NCBI RefSeq assembly: GCF_006345805.1
Contig: NW_021833877.1
Span: 1,743 to 65,742, forward strand
DNA: 64,000 nt
Direction: 5' to 3'
DNA from: Octopus sinensis
Lineage: Eukaryota
The translations under genes were made by a program, and so were the position numbers. This document shows, in pieces, positions 40,111 to 54,479 of this stretch. Below the pieces are notes generated by a model. That model worked only from the letters and a program-made list of their open reading frames with translations. It did not search any database and was not told the origin of the DNA. Each line of letters starts with the position of its first letter. Position 1 is the stretch's first letter.

Positions 40111-40592
40111 GTGTATGGTTGTATGATCGGTGCATAGACACATTTGATGATTTTTTTTTCTTTTAGTTGTTATACACATTGGACTGCGGCCATGCTGCAG
40201 CACCGTCTAAAACGGTTTAGTGAAAGAAATCAACCGCAGTGCTTTTGTTTAAGTCTATCACTTATTCCATTGGTCTCTTTTGCTGAACTGCTAAGTTTTG
40301 GGGACGTAAACAAAGCAACACTGGTATCAAACACTGGTGGGTAGGCAAACACGCACACACATAGGTACATATATTTGTGTATATATACATTTATACGACG
40401 GGCTTCTTTCAGTTTCCGCCTACCAAATCCATTCTGAAGACACTTGCCCAAGGTGGTGTGTGTAGAACAGAATCCAAACGTGGTTGCGAAATGAGAGCTT
40501 TTAGCGATACGACCATGCCTGTAGCCATCATTTGGTGTGCATATGTTGGTCTCTTTCTCTGCCTCTGTATGCATATATATATATATTATATA

Positions 40593-40623
<31 letters not shown>

Positions 40624-40637
40624 ATATATATAATATA

Positions 40638-40682
<45 letters not shown>

Positions 40683-40714
40683 TAGATATATGCATATATA
40701 TATATATATATTGC

Positions 40715-40758
<44 letters not shown>

Positions 40759-40972
40759 ATTTGTTGAAAGGAAAGATGAATTATCTTGTTACGGATTATT
40801 CAAAAGTTTAACCGATACCTGGGTAGCAAAAATCACAGCAGAAAAAAACACGGTTGGAGATATGACCATATGGTGTTGCAACCGTGCGTTGGCGCGGATA
40901 ATTGAAGTTTAATATAATTAGTGAATGGAAGAAATGGAGTTGAACGAAGATTGTACAGAATTCCTTTTATTA

Positions 40973-41055
40973 CATTCTACACATGTTTCAAAGGCCACAA
41001 TTTTCCAAATTCTGATTAAATAAGGATACCATTTGCAGCTTTCTCTTCAGGAAAA
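40973..41055 (-). ncRNA. Mirror copy of the candidate hammerhead ribozyme
   Basis: Reverse complement reads UUUUC CUGAAGA GAAAGCUGCAAA...UUGUGGCCUUU GAAA CAUGU GUA GAAUG; stem I is weaker (3 canonical bp). Confidence 0.5.
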
Positions 41056-41235
41056 ACCAGGAATTACGTTGTCAGAACAAAACAAAAAAAGGCGCAGCAA
41101 AGCAATTCGAACGAGGACGCTCCTTAAGAGCCCATGGGTAAAAATCTTTTACCCATGGGCTCTTAAGGAGCGTCCTCGTTCGAATTGCTTTGCTGCGCCT
41201 TTGTTTGTGTTTGTTCTGACAACGTAATTCCTGGT

Positions 41236-41318
41236 TTTTCCTGAAGAGAAAGCTGCAATATGGTATCCTTATTTAATCAAATTTGGAAAAGTGTGGCCTT
41301 TGAAACATGTGTAGAAGG
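41236..41318 (+). ncRNA. Candidate minimal type I hammerhead ribozyme (sense to the Prop-like pre-mRNA)
   Basis: Stem I UUUUC/GAAGG; CUGAAGA 41241-47; stem II of 10 bp with 1 mismatch (GAAAGCUGCA/UGUGGCCUUU); GAAA 41302-05; stem III AC-AUGU-GU; cleavage triplet GUA 41311-13. Confidence 0.6.
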
Positions 41319-41376
41319 TAATAAAAGGAATTCTGTACAATCTTCGTTCAACTCCATTTCTTCCATTCCTAATTAT

Positions 41377-41425
<49 letters not shown>

Positions 41426-41574
41426 TACGTACATACATATACATGCATACATATACAGATATTAATACATACATATAAATACATACTATAGAATACGTAT
41501 ATATACATATATATATATATATATACGATACATTATTTATACACATACACACACACACATATATATTATATATG

Positions 41575-41623
<49 letters not shown>

Positions 41624-41663
41624 TATGTATAATATGTATATATAATATATATGTATATATATG

Positions 41664-41738
<75 letters not shown>

Positions 41739-42436
41739 GTGTGTATTCGTCTGTATATGATAGCAATGATAGTAAGTTTGTATGTATGTATGTGTGTGTA
41801 CTGTGAGTGTGTGTTGTATATGCGTATACTAATTTTGAATCTCACATATCCGCCATTTAATGAGCATTTAATTGTTATCGAATGGATTCCTGTATAAGAA
41901 TTATGCAACTCCGTATCTGTATTGAGTGCGCACTTGTCGGCCTATATTTTCATGTACGTGTGTATGTGTGTGCACGTGAGTCTATATGTGTGATTGCGTG
42001 CGTATGCGTGCGTGTGTGTGTGTGTGCGTGGGTTCGTATATTCGTGCGTACGTGTGTGTGTATATATGTGTGTGTGCACTTCCTGTTTGTGTGTGTGTGT
42101 GTTTCAAAATGTTTGGTGCATCGTCTAAGAAATGTTTTGTAATTGATTCTTGAAATTTGTAATTGCTTTTATTAATCCAACATATTTCATGATGTTGGCA
42201 ACTGGAGGGTGGGCAGGTAAATTTATATATCACAATGGTTAACGTTCTTAGTAATGAGACAAATTCAGTCCATTCTAATGTTTAATATATTTGGAAACGT
42301 AACACTGCATCATAAGAATTACGCAAGAATTAAACTTCAATATTTTCCCTCTCTACATTCTTTGAATGTTTGTATTTTCATATCTTGGAAATTATTCTTT
42401 CAGCTCTTTATTATTTCATTCAATTACTTAATTTTT

Positions 42437-42916
42437 TTTTTCTTCTTCTTCTTCTTCTTCTTCTTCTTCTTCTTCTTCTGCTTCTTCTTGCTCTCTTTTT
42501 CTTCTTATCTTCTTCTTCTTCTTCTTCTTTTTCTTCTTCTTCTTCTTCTTCTTCTTCTTCTTTCTTATTCTTCTTTATTTTCTTTCTCTTCTTCTTTCTT
42601 CTTTTTCTTTCTTTCTTCTTCCTTCTTTCTTCTTCTCTTCTTCTTCTTCTCTTCTTCTTCTTCTTCTTCTTCTTCTCTCCCTTCTCTTCTTCTCTCTTCT
42701 TATTCCTTCTTTCTTCTCTTTCTTTTTATTCTCTTATTCAATTCTTCTTCTTTCTTCTTTTTCTTCACTTTTTTTAGGCAAACTTCCATAATCGAACACC
42801 AGGATCGTTCTAATCGACATCACTTCTTAAATTGCACTGTGTTATTAATTAATATTATTCTTCTTATTGTTTTGTTTAATTCTCTTCTTCTTCTCTATTT
42901 ATCTCTTCTTATATTA

Positions 42917-42959
<43 letters not shown>

Positions 42960-42990
42960 GCTGTTGTTATTATTATTGTTATTGTTATTA
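42437..42990. repeat. (TTC)n and (TTA)n arrays preceding the last exon
   Basis: Directly visible. Confidence 0.95.
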
Positions 42991-43065
42991 CTATTATGAT
43001 TATTAATATTATAAAATTTTCTCACTTCATTTCGTTTCGCTTCATTTTAGTACGTTTCGTTTCAG

Positions 43066-43167
43066 GAGAATCACGAAGATGATTGGTACAACAAAAGTCT
43101 GACTGCACTGCGCATGAACAACACGCACCCGAGTTTGTCGAACCCAGTACTCCAATACCAAGCCTAG
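43066..43167 (+). CDS. PROP1: Prop1-like terminal coding exon ENHEDDWYNKSLTALRMNNTHPSLSNPVLQYQA*
   Basis: Acceptor gtttcgtttcAG|GAG in phase 0, matching the donor at 39525; stop TAG 43165-67. The DDWYNKSLxALRMN...LQYQ motif is what I recall as the conserved C-terminus of protostome Prop proteins. Not in the ORF track because it is too short. Confidence 0.9.
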   Translation, partial: ENHEDDWYNKSLTALRMNNTHPSLSNPVLQYQA

Positions 43168-43504
43168 AAACACACGCACACATTCTCACACAGGCACAAA
43201 CACATATAAATACGCACCTGCACACATATGTACAATCGCTTCTCTCTCTCTTCTCTCCCTTCCCTTCTCTTTCTCTCTGTTTTCCCATCTCAAGTTTCAC
43301 GTCTTCTCTTCATCTGTAACATCAAACACAGCCAGTGTAATGTTTTCCTTCGCTAAATACGTTTCAATCATTTTTTTCTTTCTGACACGTTTTTTTATGT
43401 CATGTGGTCTTGGATTGCATCATGGGTAAAAACTGAAAGAGAGACCAAACTGCAGGAACAAAACAAAATGTATAAATAGATAAATAAATAAATGACAAAA
43501 TAAC

Positions 43505-43697
43505 AATTGGAATGGAATGTCCTGTAGGGCTTCTTCAGAAGGTCTGCCTCTTAGGGACAGGAAAGGTTATCGGGAGGATCTTAAGCACCTGAAAAATAAT
43601 TGAAGGTATTTATGGATACCTAAGGTTTCATGTAGTCACCAGGTACCCACAAAAATAAGAACGAAGAACAGGAATAAGAACGAGCCTGGGTAAAATC

Positions 43698-43730
<33 letters not shown>
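43505..43730 (+). mobile_element. RLE-LINE extreme 3' end with (AAT)n tail
   Basis: LLQKVCLLGTGKVIGRILST*, then short UTR and (AAT)n. Confidence 0.65.
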
Positions 43731-43732
<2 letters not shown>

Positions 43733-44403
43733 CGATGATGATAACGATGATGATGAGGAGGAGGATGGGGGTATCACTTGATAATAATGATTTTTAACAA
43801 TTTATAACAACAATGACAACGACGGTAGTAGTAGTAGTAGTAGTAGTAGTAGTAATAATAATAATAATAATAACAACAACAACAACAATAACAACAATAA
43901 TAATAATAAATAATAATAAAATAACAATAGTAATAATAATAAATAATAATAATAACAATAATGATAAATAATAATAATAAAAATGAAAATAATAATAATG
44001 ATAAATAATAATAATGATGATAATGATAATAATTTTATTAATAACAATAGTAAACCCTAATGAAGCAATTAATAGTTATATGAGATTAATAGCAATAATA
44101 GCATAACTATAATCACTTAAAATAATAACGGAAGAATGCCGTAGACTATTAAAATGATGACGACGATGACGACGACGGCGACGATGACGATGACGACAGC
44201 CACGATGACGATGACGACGACGACGACGATGACGGCGGCGATAATTGTGATGATGATGAAGATGATGATATTGCTCATTAGCATGGTGGAAAATTTGAAG
44301 GGATGTATATTAATTGTCACTGATATTTGGGTGATACCTAAGAATGAAAGATGTTATAACAACAACAACGACATCAAGAGCAACAAGAACACTACTGCTA
44401 CTA

Positions 44404-44494
<91 letters not shown>

Positions 44495-44496
<2 letters not shown>

Positions 44497-44691
44497 TAAT
44501 AATAATAAAAGGAAACTTTAAAACTTCTTAAGGCAAATGGAAATCCCATGCAAGATTGATGTCTTGCAAAAAGCAGCCATATTGGGCACAGCGCACGTCT
44601 TAAGGAAAGTATTATTTGTCTGAGGACCTTGTTGTGACTTGACAGATGACTAAAGACTCTGGTGCATTTTTACCTACACTGTGTTACGAAG

Positions 44692-44758
<67 letters not shown>

Positions 44759-44760
44759 TC
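44495..44760 (+). mobile_element. RLE-LINE extreme 3' end within (AAT)n
   Basis: LQKAAILGTAHVLRKVLFV*, then UTR and (AAT)n; (AAT)n also lies upstream. Confidence 0.75.
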
Positions 44761-45360
44761 CCACACAAAAAAAAGAATATGATGGAAAACGTAAAACAAA
44801 AACTCACGAACAAAAATTGGTATTACTCCCTCCCGCACATGAACTACCCGTCACCCACCCGAAATACCCCTTTCTATAGCGGGGAAAAAGGGTAAATAAA
44901 TAAAGGCTCTCTATAATGAGAGTAAGAAATATGTATGAGATTTTCAGGAAATTGTTTAAATATGGAGGACACAAACGCTGACACCAGCGCAAACGCGAAT
45001 ACATACACACACCTAGAGATGTATACAGAAAAATTCTATTGCAGAGAAAATGTGGATAGGGAGATATACTACGTGAAAGTATGGGTTAACAAATTTAAGG
45101 AAACTGAGATAATGCCAAATTTGATATCTAGTCTAGCGAGTGGGACAACATTTCTTGGGTCTTACATGACTCTAGACTGATAAAGTGACCAAGAGTATCA
45201 TAATGATGACGATGGTGGTCATGAAGATGATTATGTTGATGACGATGACGATGAAAATGTTGACGATGATGACGATGATGATGGTGGTAATAGGGATGAA
45301 AAATATGGATAAATTTTATAAATTCTACCTTGCCATCGCAGGCTATGTTATATATATATA

Positions 45361-45395
<35 letters not shown>

Positions 45396-45608
45396 GATAT
45401 ATATATATATATATATACATATATATATACATATATGGACATATATATATATGGGTTGTGTGTGTGTGTGCGTGTATATATGTAGTGTGTAATGTATATA
45501 ATGTATATATATATACACACATATAAACGTATAAAAATTCATACGTAAATATATATATATATATATATATGTATATATTATACATACATATATATATTTA
45601 TATATATA

Positions 45609-45652
<44 letters not shown>

Positions 45653-45755
45653 GTATATATATACATATATATACATTAATATATATATAAATATCATATA
45701 TATATATTATATATATATATATAAATGTATATATATATATATATATAGATATATA

Positions 45756-45843
<88 letters not shown>

Positions 45844-47104
45844 GCTTGTATGTGTTTTTTTGAACGGAAAACTGAGTAATAGTGATAAGAGGGAAATAGG
45901 AAAGACATATGCACAAAAGCCGTTCAGAGTTTATTTATTCGCGGATTGGAAGGTGAAACTCAAGTGACAGCGATATCTCTTGAGTTTCCTACGATGAAGG
46001 TTTGACATTGAATGAATGTATTTACGTGCGGGCGAGCTTGAATGAATGAGCGAGTGCGCGTATGCGCGCTTTTGGCTATGTACCTGGCCGTGTGTTTGTG
46101 TGCATCTGCGCATGTGTGCGTATGTGTGTGTGTGCATGTGTGTGGACATACGTGTGTGTGCTCTTTCCGTCTTCGAGCATCGTGTGTGTATGCGTCATAT
46201 ATGTGTGTTTGTGAAGGTTTATAAGTGAGGGTCAATGTATGCGTATTTGTACACGTGCATGTGTATGTGTGTGAGTTTTATAATCGGTGTACAGAACCAT
46301 CACAGCCTCCCTCTCATCCTCATCCTACCCCTAGACCTCATCGTCATCATAATCATGGTCATTGATGGTTTCCAGGGTGATGACATTTTCCAGAAACGTT
46401 ACAGCAATATTCAGTTCTGAGTAACAAGTCTCATTGAATGAAAGGCAAAACCCGCACCCTCCTATTGCACCCCGTGGTTACCCCAGCGAATCTGCTCAAT
46501 CTACAGTCTGTTTGTTTCAGTCATTAGACTGCGGCCATACTGGGGCATCGCCTTGAAGAATTTTAGTCTGACGAATCGGCCCCAGAGCTTTTTTTAAGCT
46601 TCTTACATATTGTATCAGCCATTTTGCCGAGCGGCTAAGCTACGGGGATGTAATCATACCAACACCGGTTGTCAAACGATGGTGCGGGGATACACACAGA
46701 TACAAATACACACACAGACATACACACACACATATATATATATGAGTGTGTGTATGTGTATATATTTATATATATATATATGAATGTATATATATGAGTG
46801 TGTATATATATGTATATATATATATACATATATATAAGCATTATATACATACATATATGTATGTGTGCGTGTATGTCGCATGTGTGTGTAGATATATATA
46901 TATATTATATATATATATATCAGGCTTCTCTCAGTTGCCGTCTATCAAATCCATTCACAAGGCGTAGGTCGGCTCAAGGCCATGCAGTGGGACCCATATA
47001 ACAAGACATTTCCAAATGTACTTTACGAGGAGACAGGTTGGATAAAAATCTCTTCGACAGACAATGTATGTATCATCTATATATATCTATGTATATATAT
47101 ATAT

Positions 47105-47332
47105 CTTTATTGCCCACAAAGGGCTAAACATAGAGGGGTCAAACAAGGACAGACATAGGGATTAAGTCGATTACATCGACCCCAGTGCGAAACTGATACT
47201 TTATTTATTGACCTCGAAAGGATGAAAGGCAAAGTCTACCTCGGCTGAATTTGAACTCAGAACGTAACGGGAGACGAAATACCGCTAAACATTTCGCCCG
47301 GCGCGCTAACGTGTCTGCCAGCTCGCCGCCTT
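47105..47332 (-). mobile_element. SINE family A, near full length
   Basis: gcccacaaagggctaaacatagagggg...ggatgaaaggcaaagtc...ctgccagctcgccgcctt. Confidence 0.9.
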
Positions 47333-47701
47333 AATATATGTATATATATATATATGTGTGTGTGTATGTGTGTGTGTGTATGTATGACTGTATGTATGTA
47401 TGTATGTATGTATGTATGTATGTATGTATGTATGTATGTATGTATGTATGTACGTATGCATGTATAAGATCTGAGAAGGCTAAAGTGTGCTGTATGTCAG
47501 AGCAAAAGGCCCTTTAATGGGGATTTATCATTTTCATGGCTTCATATGGTATATTAACCAGATTTCTTAAGGGTAGGATGTGAAGGCATAAGCCACATAT
47601 TGTGTGTGCGTGTGTGTCTGCTCACGCGTGAGTAAATTTGGACGTGCTCACACACTAACACACACACGCACACACTTACGCACACACGCAGACAGACAGG
47701 C

Positions 47702-47775
<74 letters not shown>

Positions 47776-47788
47776 GCAGATAGATAGC

Positions 47789-47870
<82 letters not shown>

Positions 47871-48812
47871 GTATAATTAGGTTTTACGATTTTCTTTTAA
47901 GCCCCTTTCCCGTACGAATTGAAGGGAGTTGAATACCCCAACTGACCGGTCTGCATGTCTATAAGTGTGTGTGTTTGTGTGTGTATGTGTGTGTGCATAT
48001 ATACCGATGTTGTTCACCTTTCTGCAATGAATTTAGTTGACTCATATAACTGTACTATATGCATAAGGACCGAAGGAAAAGTTAACAATGAAGGACTAGG
48101 GGCCGTGCCCATGAGAGTTTTCGTCTCTCTTCCTGTAGCAAATAAACACAGGTTAAGGACTCATAAGGCCGGAACTAAACCGGGTTCCACGTCGTTTAAG
48201 TGACTGAGACAACAACACTTACTTCCTGGACGTGACGACAGTCCATCGCAAAGTAACTTCTCAGCTCTTGCTAGGACCCATTTACAGCGGGATGAACTGT
48301 AACGATGTGAAATGAAATGCTTTGCACCAAAACACAACGCACCGCCCGGTCTGGGAATTGAAACCACAATTTTACAATCGTGAGTGCAATAGCCTAACAA
48401 CTCGACCACGCGGCTGCCTAACTTGCAGAGAGCAAAGTTTGGAAATAACGAAAAATACCAGTAAAACCGACAGTATAAGACAGAGGGTTATCCTCCATAA
48501 AGAACAAAATAACGTCACAAATATATAGTAGCGGAAATAACTTTGAGTTTATGTGGTGGTGTCCTAATAAGTCTCACTGAGGTGGCTTGTGCACTTCTTT
48601 CTCTGGGACGAGTAGATTGTAGTACAGTTGTGCTACGAGTATCTGGGATCGGTTCTACCACGTTCCTTGCAGTAAACTATATTTGTTTCCTCGACCTAAT
48701 AACCCTTTAATCACAAAATATAATCTTCATCATCATCATCATCATAAACGACCTTACCATCAAGTCAATAAACAAATCAACATAATTAATCACAATAACA
48801 AGAAAAGTACAT

Positions 48813-48872
<60 letters not shown>

Positions 48873-48925
48873 CACTACTAAATAATAATAATCATAACAT
48901 TAATAATAATAATAGTAATAATGAT

Positions 48926-48958
<33 letters not shown>

Positions 48959-48959
48959 A

Positions 48960-49022
<63 letters not shown>

Positions 49023-49216
49023 TAATAATAATAATAATAAAATCAACAACAACAATAATAATAATGGTTTGAAATTTTAAAATCAGAACGTACTGCATCT
49101 GTAGAAATACAACTGGACATTTCGACATTTTGTTCGACGCTCTAACGATTCTGCCAATCTACAGCGAGATCTGTGGAAATTCCTCTCTTTCATATATATA
49201 TATATATATATATAAC

Positions 49217-49340
49217 AGAATTTTTTGCGTCATGAGATAAAAAATCAAGGCTGGTAGATAGAACATTCATAGACCTTCTATCTATAATGTTCTAATATCT
49301 ACACAGCCTTGGTTTTTTATCTCATGACGCAAAAAATTCT
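49217..49340. repeat. Fold-back hairpin, about 52 bp arms, next to (TA)n
   Basis: agaattttttgcgtcatgagataaaaaatcaaggctg..gaacatt versus aatgttc..cagccttggttttttatctcatgacgcaaaaaattct. Confidence 0.9.
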
Positions 49341-49476
49341 TATATACACACGTTGCATAGAACTAAAGATGAACCCCTTATTCGCAAAATTACCGAACCT
49401 GGAACTTAACTATGGTCTGTCTATAGCACTTATTCAGCATTACCTGACACTTTGGGTCTCAATGACACCATTACCT

Positions 49477-49542
<66 letters not shown>

Positions 49543-49686
49543 GGTGTTTAAGATATATTTCGACTTTGAAGTTTGTTTTCCTTAGTTTAGGTTGTTTTAA
49601 AGCGTTAAAGTACGAAAGCACGAACATCCCGGCATTTGAATGAATATCGAAGGTAATAATATTGTAGGCATATAGAATTAATGTAG

Positions 49687-49687
<1 letters not shown>

Positions 49688-49731
<44 letters not shown>

Positions 49732-49734
49732 GTA

Positions 49735-49770
<36 letters not shown>

Positions 49771-49886
49771 GTAATAGTAATAATACTAATACTAATACTA
49801 ATAATAATAATAATAATAATTATAATAATAATAATAATAATTATAATAATAATAATAAGAAGAAGAAGAAGAAGAATAACAATAAC

Positions 49887-49924
<38 letters not shown>

Positions 49925-50041
49925 TAACAATAACAATAATAATAATAAAAATAAAAATAATAATAATAATATTAATAATAGTAATAATAATAACAATAAC
50001 AATAATAATAATAATAATAATAATAACAATAACAATAACAA

Positions 50042-50072
<31 letters not shown>

Positions 50073-50463
50073 AATAGTAATAATAATAACAATAACAATA
50101 AAAATAATAATAATAATAATAATAACAATAACAATAACAACAATAATAATAATAATAATAATAATAATAGTAATAATAATAATAATAATAATAATTATAA
50201 TAATAATTATAATAATAATAATTATAATAATAATAATAATAATAATAACAACAACAACAACAACAATAATAATAATAATAATAATAATAACAATAACAAT
50301 AATAATAATAATAGTAATAACAATAACAATAATAATAATAATAATAACAATAACAATAATAATAATAATAAAAATAATAATAATAATAATAACAATAATA
50401 ATAACAATAATAATAATAATAATAATAATAACAATAACAATAATAATAATAATAATAATAATA

Positions 50464-50506
<43 letters not shown>

Positions 50507-50538
50507 TAACAATAACAATAACAATAATAATAATAATA

Positions 50539-50578
<40 letters not shown>

Positions 50579-50582
50579 TAAC

Positions 50583-50614
<32 letters not shown>

Positions 50615-50720
50615 TAACAATAACAATAATGATAATAATAATAATAGTAATAATAATGATAATAATAATAATAATAATGATAATAATAATAATAATGATA
50701 ATAATAATGATAATAATAAT
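49688..50720. repeat. About 1 kb (AAT/AAC)n array
   Basis: Directly visible; source of the 271 aa poly-Y ORF. Confidence 0.97.
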
Positions 50721-52026
50721 TTCTTCTATTGGTCACTTGGGGCCAAGACATGGAGAATTTTATCAAAGGACGAGATACAGCACACATATGTATTGGGGTT
50801 TACATCGATCATGGGGAGACACAGCAGCATTAAAGGATATATAAATAAAAATTACAAAAATTGGTGCCCCAGCATGGCCGCGGCCTTCGAGCTAAAACAT
50901 TTTAAAGAATTTTAAGGATTTAATTAATAAATGGAATCCCTAATAGTAGAGGGAGTCTAATTTAAGGTAATTCGGAGTAAACCCTCACAAAAAGTCCCGG
51001 AATACTCAACCATCCCCTAAGCATGGGAAGTGCGATCTTCTAGTTTCTTTCATCCTATTTAGGAATGTACATAATGGCGAGTGTTTGATGAAAAAGCGAA
51101 GAGCAGTTTTTTTTCCCTCTCCCTTTCTTTCTGTATATCTTTCTCTCTCCCTCTTTCACTCTGCATTTTTTTCATTTCCTTCAAAATGATCAACTGTAAC
51201 TAACAAAAAAATGGAACAAACGAACGAATGAACGAACTTATTGAGAAGGAAAACGAAGAATGTGAAGTGTGTGACTAATCAATATGAAGAAGTGAAAATT
51301 ATGACTAAAAAAATTTACGAAACAACATCCTCTCTCTCTGTCTCTCTTTCTCTTCTTTTATCCTTCTCTCTGTCTCTCCCTCTTTCACTCCCATATACAC
51401 GAACAAACTATATTTATGGAACATTGTGTCAAGAATATGAAAACAAAGACAAAAAGATATGAAATGAATAAACGTAAAAAAATATATATACAAAAAAAAT
51501 ACATAATAATAATGAATAATGAAAAGAAATTGTCGACAAGTTTATTATGAACAAACCATATAAGGAAACAAACTATTTTAACAAAATGGCGACAAACTTC
51601 CAAATATAAAAAAAAAGAAAATTTTAAAAATATGATCATAATAATAATAATGATAATATTGATAATGAATAAACGAGGAAATATAAAAAAAAATATAATA
51701 ATGAATAAATAATAATAATAATAAAGGTTTACGGACAGAAATTTTGAAACAAAAAAAGGAAAAACAAAGAACTGAAGTACCTACAAACAAACAAAAAATA
51801 AAATGTTGGCAAGACTTAGAAGAAAAAAAAAAGAAAACTACATCTATATATCATACCATTTTTTTTTTGTTTTTTTTCTAATTTTTTTTTTTTGACGAAC
51901 ATTGGTCAAACTGATATACACAGCTCTGTGAATTTATTCATCATTTTCTTGTTTTTCTTCGATTTCTCTTCTCTCTCTCTCTCTCTCTTTCTCTTTCCTT
52001 CTCTCTCTCTCTCTCTCTTTCTCTTT

Positions 52027-52065
<39 letters not shown>

Positions 52066-52162
52066 ATGACACCAGTTTGTCAAGAACATTGTCAACATAA
52101 AGAAGCATCATGCACAATTTCCGTAGTAATTAAAATTGATTATAAATATCTTTTGTTTGTTG

Positions 52163-52210
<48 letters not shown>

Positions 52211-52489
52211 TATTATTATTATTATCATTGTTGTTGTTGTTGTTATCTTTATTACTATCGAAGGGTGTGAATGAGCAGAATCGTTAGCACACCGGATAAA
52301 ATAGTTATCGGCATTTCTTCCGGTTTTACCTTTACATTCAAAGTTCAAACTCTGCTGAGATCGATTTTGCCTTTCATCCTTTCGGGGTCGATAAAAGAAG
52401 TACCAGTCAAGCACTAACCCTCTCCTCTAAACCTCCAGGCCTTGTGCCTATGGTAGAAAGGTTTATTATCATCATCATCATCATCATCA

Positions 52490-52527
<38 letters not shown>

Positions 52528-52529
52528 GA

Positions 52530-53065
52530 GTGAGAGAGCAGTGCATGCCATCAAAGTCACACTGGGGTACAAATATTTGAAGCCCTGTATACTCATCATG
52601 ACTCCCCGTCTGATAAGGGTACACTAGGCACATGCATCACAACCTTATGTGCGCGACATGGTGATCTCATATCGAGACAAACAGCGCATAACCTTGCAGG
52701 TGGGGCCCAGTTAGAATTTTCTTCAGGTCGAGTAACCCAAAACACTCAAAAAGTCCCTGAATAAGGTTTGTTTAAGGATGTTGAACGAAACACCCATGTT
52801 TCCAGAGGTGAATTATCCAATCCTCTAATAATTCCTTTCAACACATGGCTATGATGCTCCCCCACTACTTCTGCTCGTGATCAGAGATGCACATATCGTC
52901 AGCCACTAAGGGACATGCTCAACTGATTAAGGTCAAACAACTAACAAGCAAATCTGTGGTATTGAGCAGAATATTTGCTGTAGCCCATGTTTTATACCAA
53001 GGCCAAACAATGTACATGATAACACTTCCAATCAGTTAAGATCAGAATCCATGAGATCCACTATC
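52530..53065. repeat. Probable interspersed repeat of unknown class between (ATT)n tracts
   Basis: Non-coding unit bounded by microsatellites; recognised from memory as common in octopus sequence. No second copy in this window. Confidence 0.4.
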
Positions 53066-54479
53066 TGGTGTTATTATTATTATTGTTGTTGTTGTTGCTG
53101 TTATTATTATTATTGTTGTTGTTGTTGTTGTTATTGGTGTCCTTGTTGTTATTATTGTTATTATTATTCCATGTTGATGTTGCAGTTGTCATTATCCTCC
53201 TTTCCACCATCTTCATCGATGTAGTTGCTATCACCATCGTCTTTGTTGTCGCTGTTAAGCTTCAGGTCAACCTTGATCGAACAGTACTATGATCGAAAAA
53301 CATTCCAGCCGTGACAATTCCATCTTTTGAAAGGGCATCTAGACTACATTATTCCATGTGATCTTTCCTGTACCTAAAATAGTTGTGTGTGCGTGTGTGT
53401 GATTTGAAGAAGATTTCACTGCTGTTTCTAGAACTTCAAGTGACTGCCCCTTGGCTCCCCCATTGGTTTGTTGCTGTTGTTATTGTTTGACCCCAAGTCA
53501 GCTAGGATTGAGCAACGTGTTCAGAGATTTGGCCACTATTTTTAGGAAGTCAAGTGACCACGTAGAAGCTCCGTCATCTTGATGTTATCATTGTTGTCCT
53601 TCTTTACTCTCGAGTTAATTCTTTAATTCTAATTCAAGAGCTCTATGATCAAACGCGATCCAGCCGTAGCCATCAAATCTATTTCTCTTCTTTTTTTTCA
53701 TACACGGTGTATCTAGAATTGAATGAGACGATCGGACGCGGCTGTTTAGACGTTGGAGCTTTGGTATGTTTGATGGGAGATTTATCCTGTTTTGGCCTCA
53801 ATACGTTTTTGGCACTGGAGGCACACACACGCAGAAATATACAGATACAGATAAGAAAAGGGAGTAGGAGAGATGTTGCAATTTATTAATTAAACACGAT
53901 TGGCATAAATACTTCGCCTCTCCTCATATGCATAAAGAGAAATATGGTGACACACAGACAGAGAGAAACAGACAAAGAATAGGATTGAACGAGCGAAATT
54001 TGGTTGAGACGAATAAAATTTGCCTTTTATCCTTCCGTGTCAGTTAAGAGGTAAAGTCCATTTAATTGGTTAACACATCACCCAAAACTTGTGGCCAATT
54101 GCATCTGCAAGAGAATGCCACCACCACCACCGCCATTACCATGTTATATTTTGTCTTTGCTTTAAGCTAGACAAGCTGCATCAAAATCTCAACCAGAGAC
54201 GTTAATGGACAACAAGCGTTTGCATTTAAAGATGAAAACAGCTAAAGTGCCATCCAATAGAAGAAACTGTTTTCTGTGTGTTATGTCAAAAAAAACCTAA
54301 ACCTTTTTTCTTTTATAAAATTTATAATAAAACCGCATGAATATTATTGCATTTACGTTGAGACAAAATGACGCATTATGTGTGAGGTACCCATAAGTAC
54401 AATCTTTTGCATTTCATTTATTTTAGGGCCGCCAGGAATTTGGTCTACATATTTCTGTGCATTTATTTTATGATCCCAA

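Larger units (their letters stand above)
40912..41378. repeat. Near-perfect palindrome, about 232 bp arms with a 3 nt loop (41144-41146), between (TA)n tracts
   Basis: ...ttaagagcccatgggtaaaa-atc-ttttacccatgggctcttaa...; arms extend to atataattag(t)gaatggaagaaatggag / ctccatttcttccattcctaattatat. Confidence 0.95.

Noticed and set aside
43483-43488. AATAAA as the Prop polyadenylation signal
   Set aside because: Embedded in a (TAAA)n run in AT-rich DNA with many alternatives; needs 3' end data.
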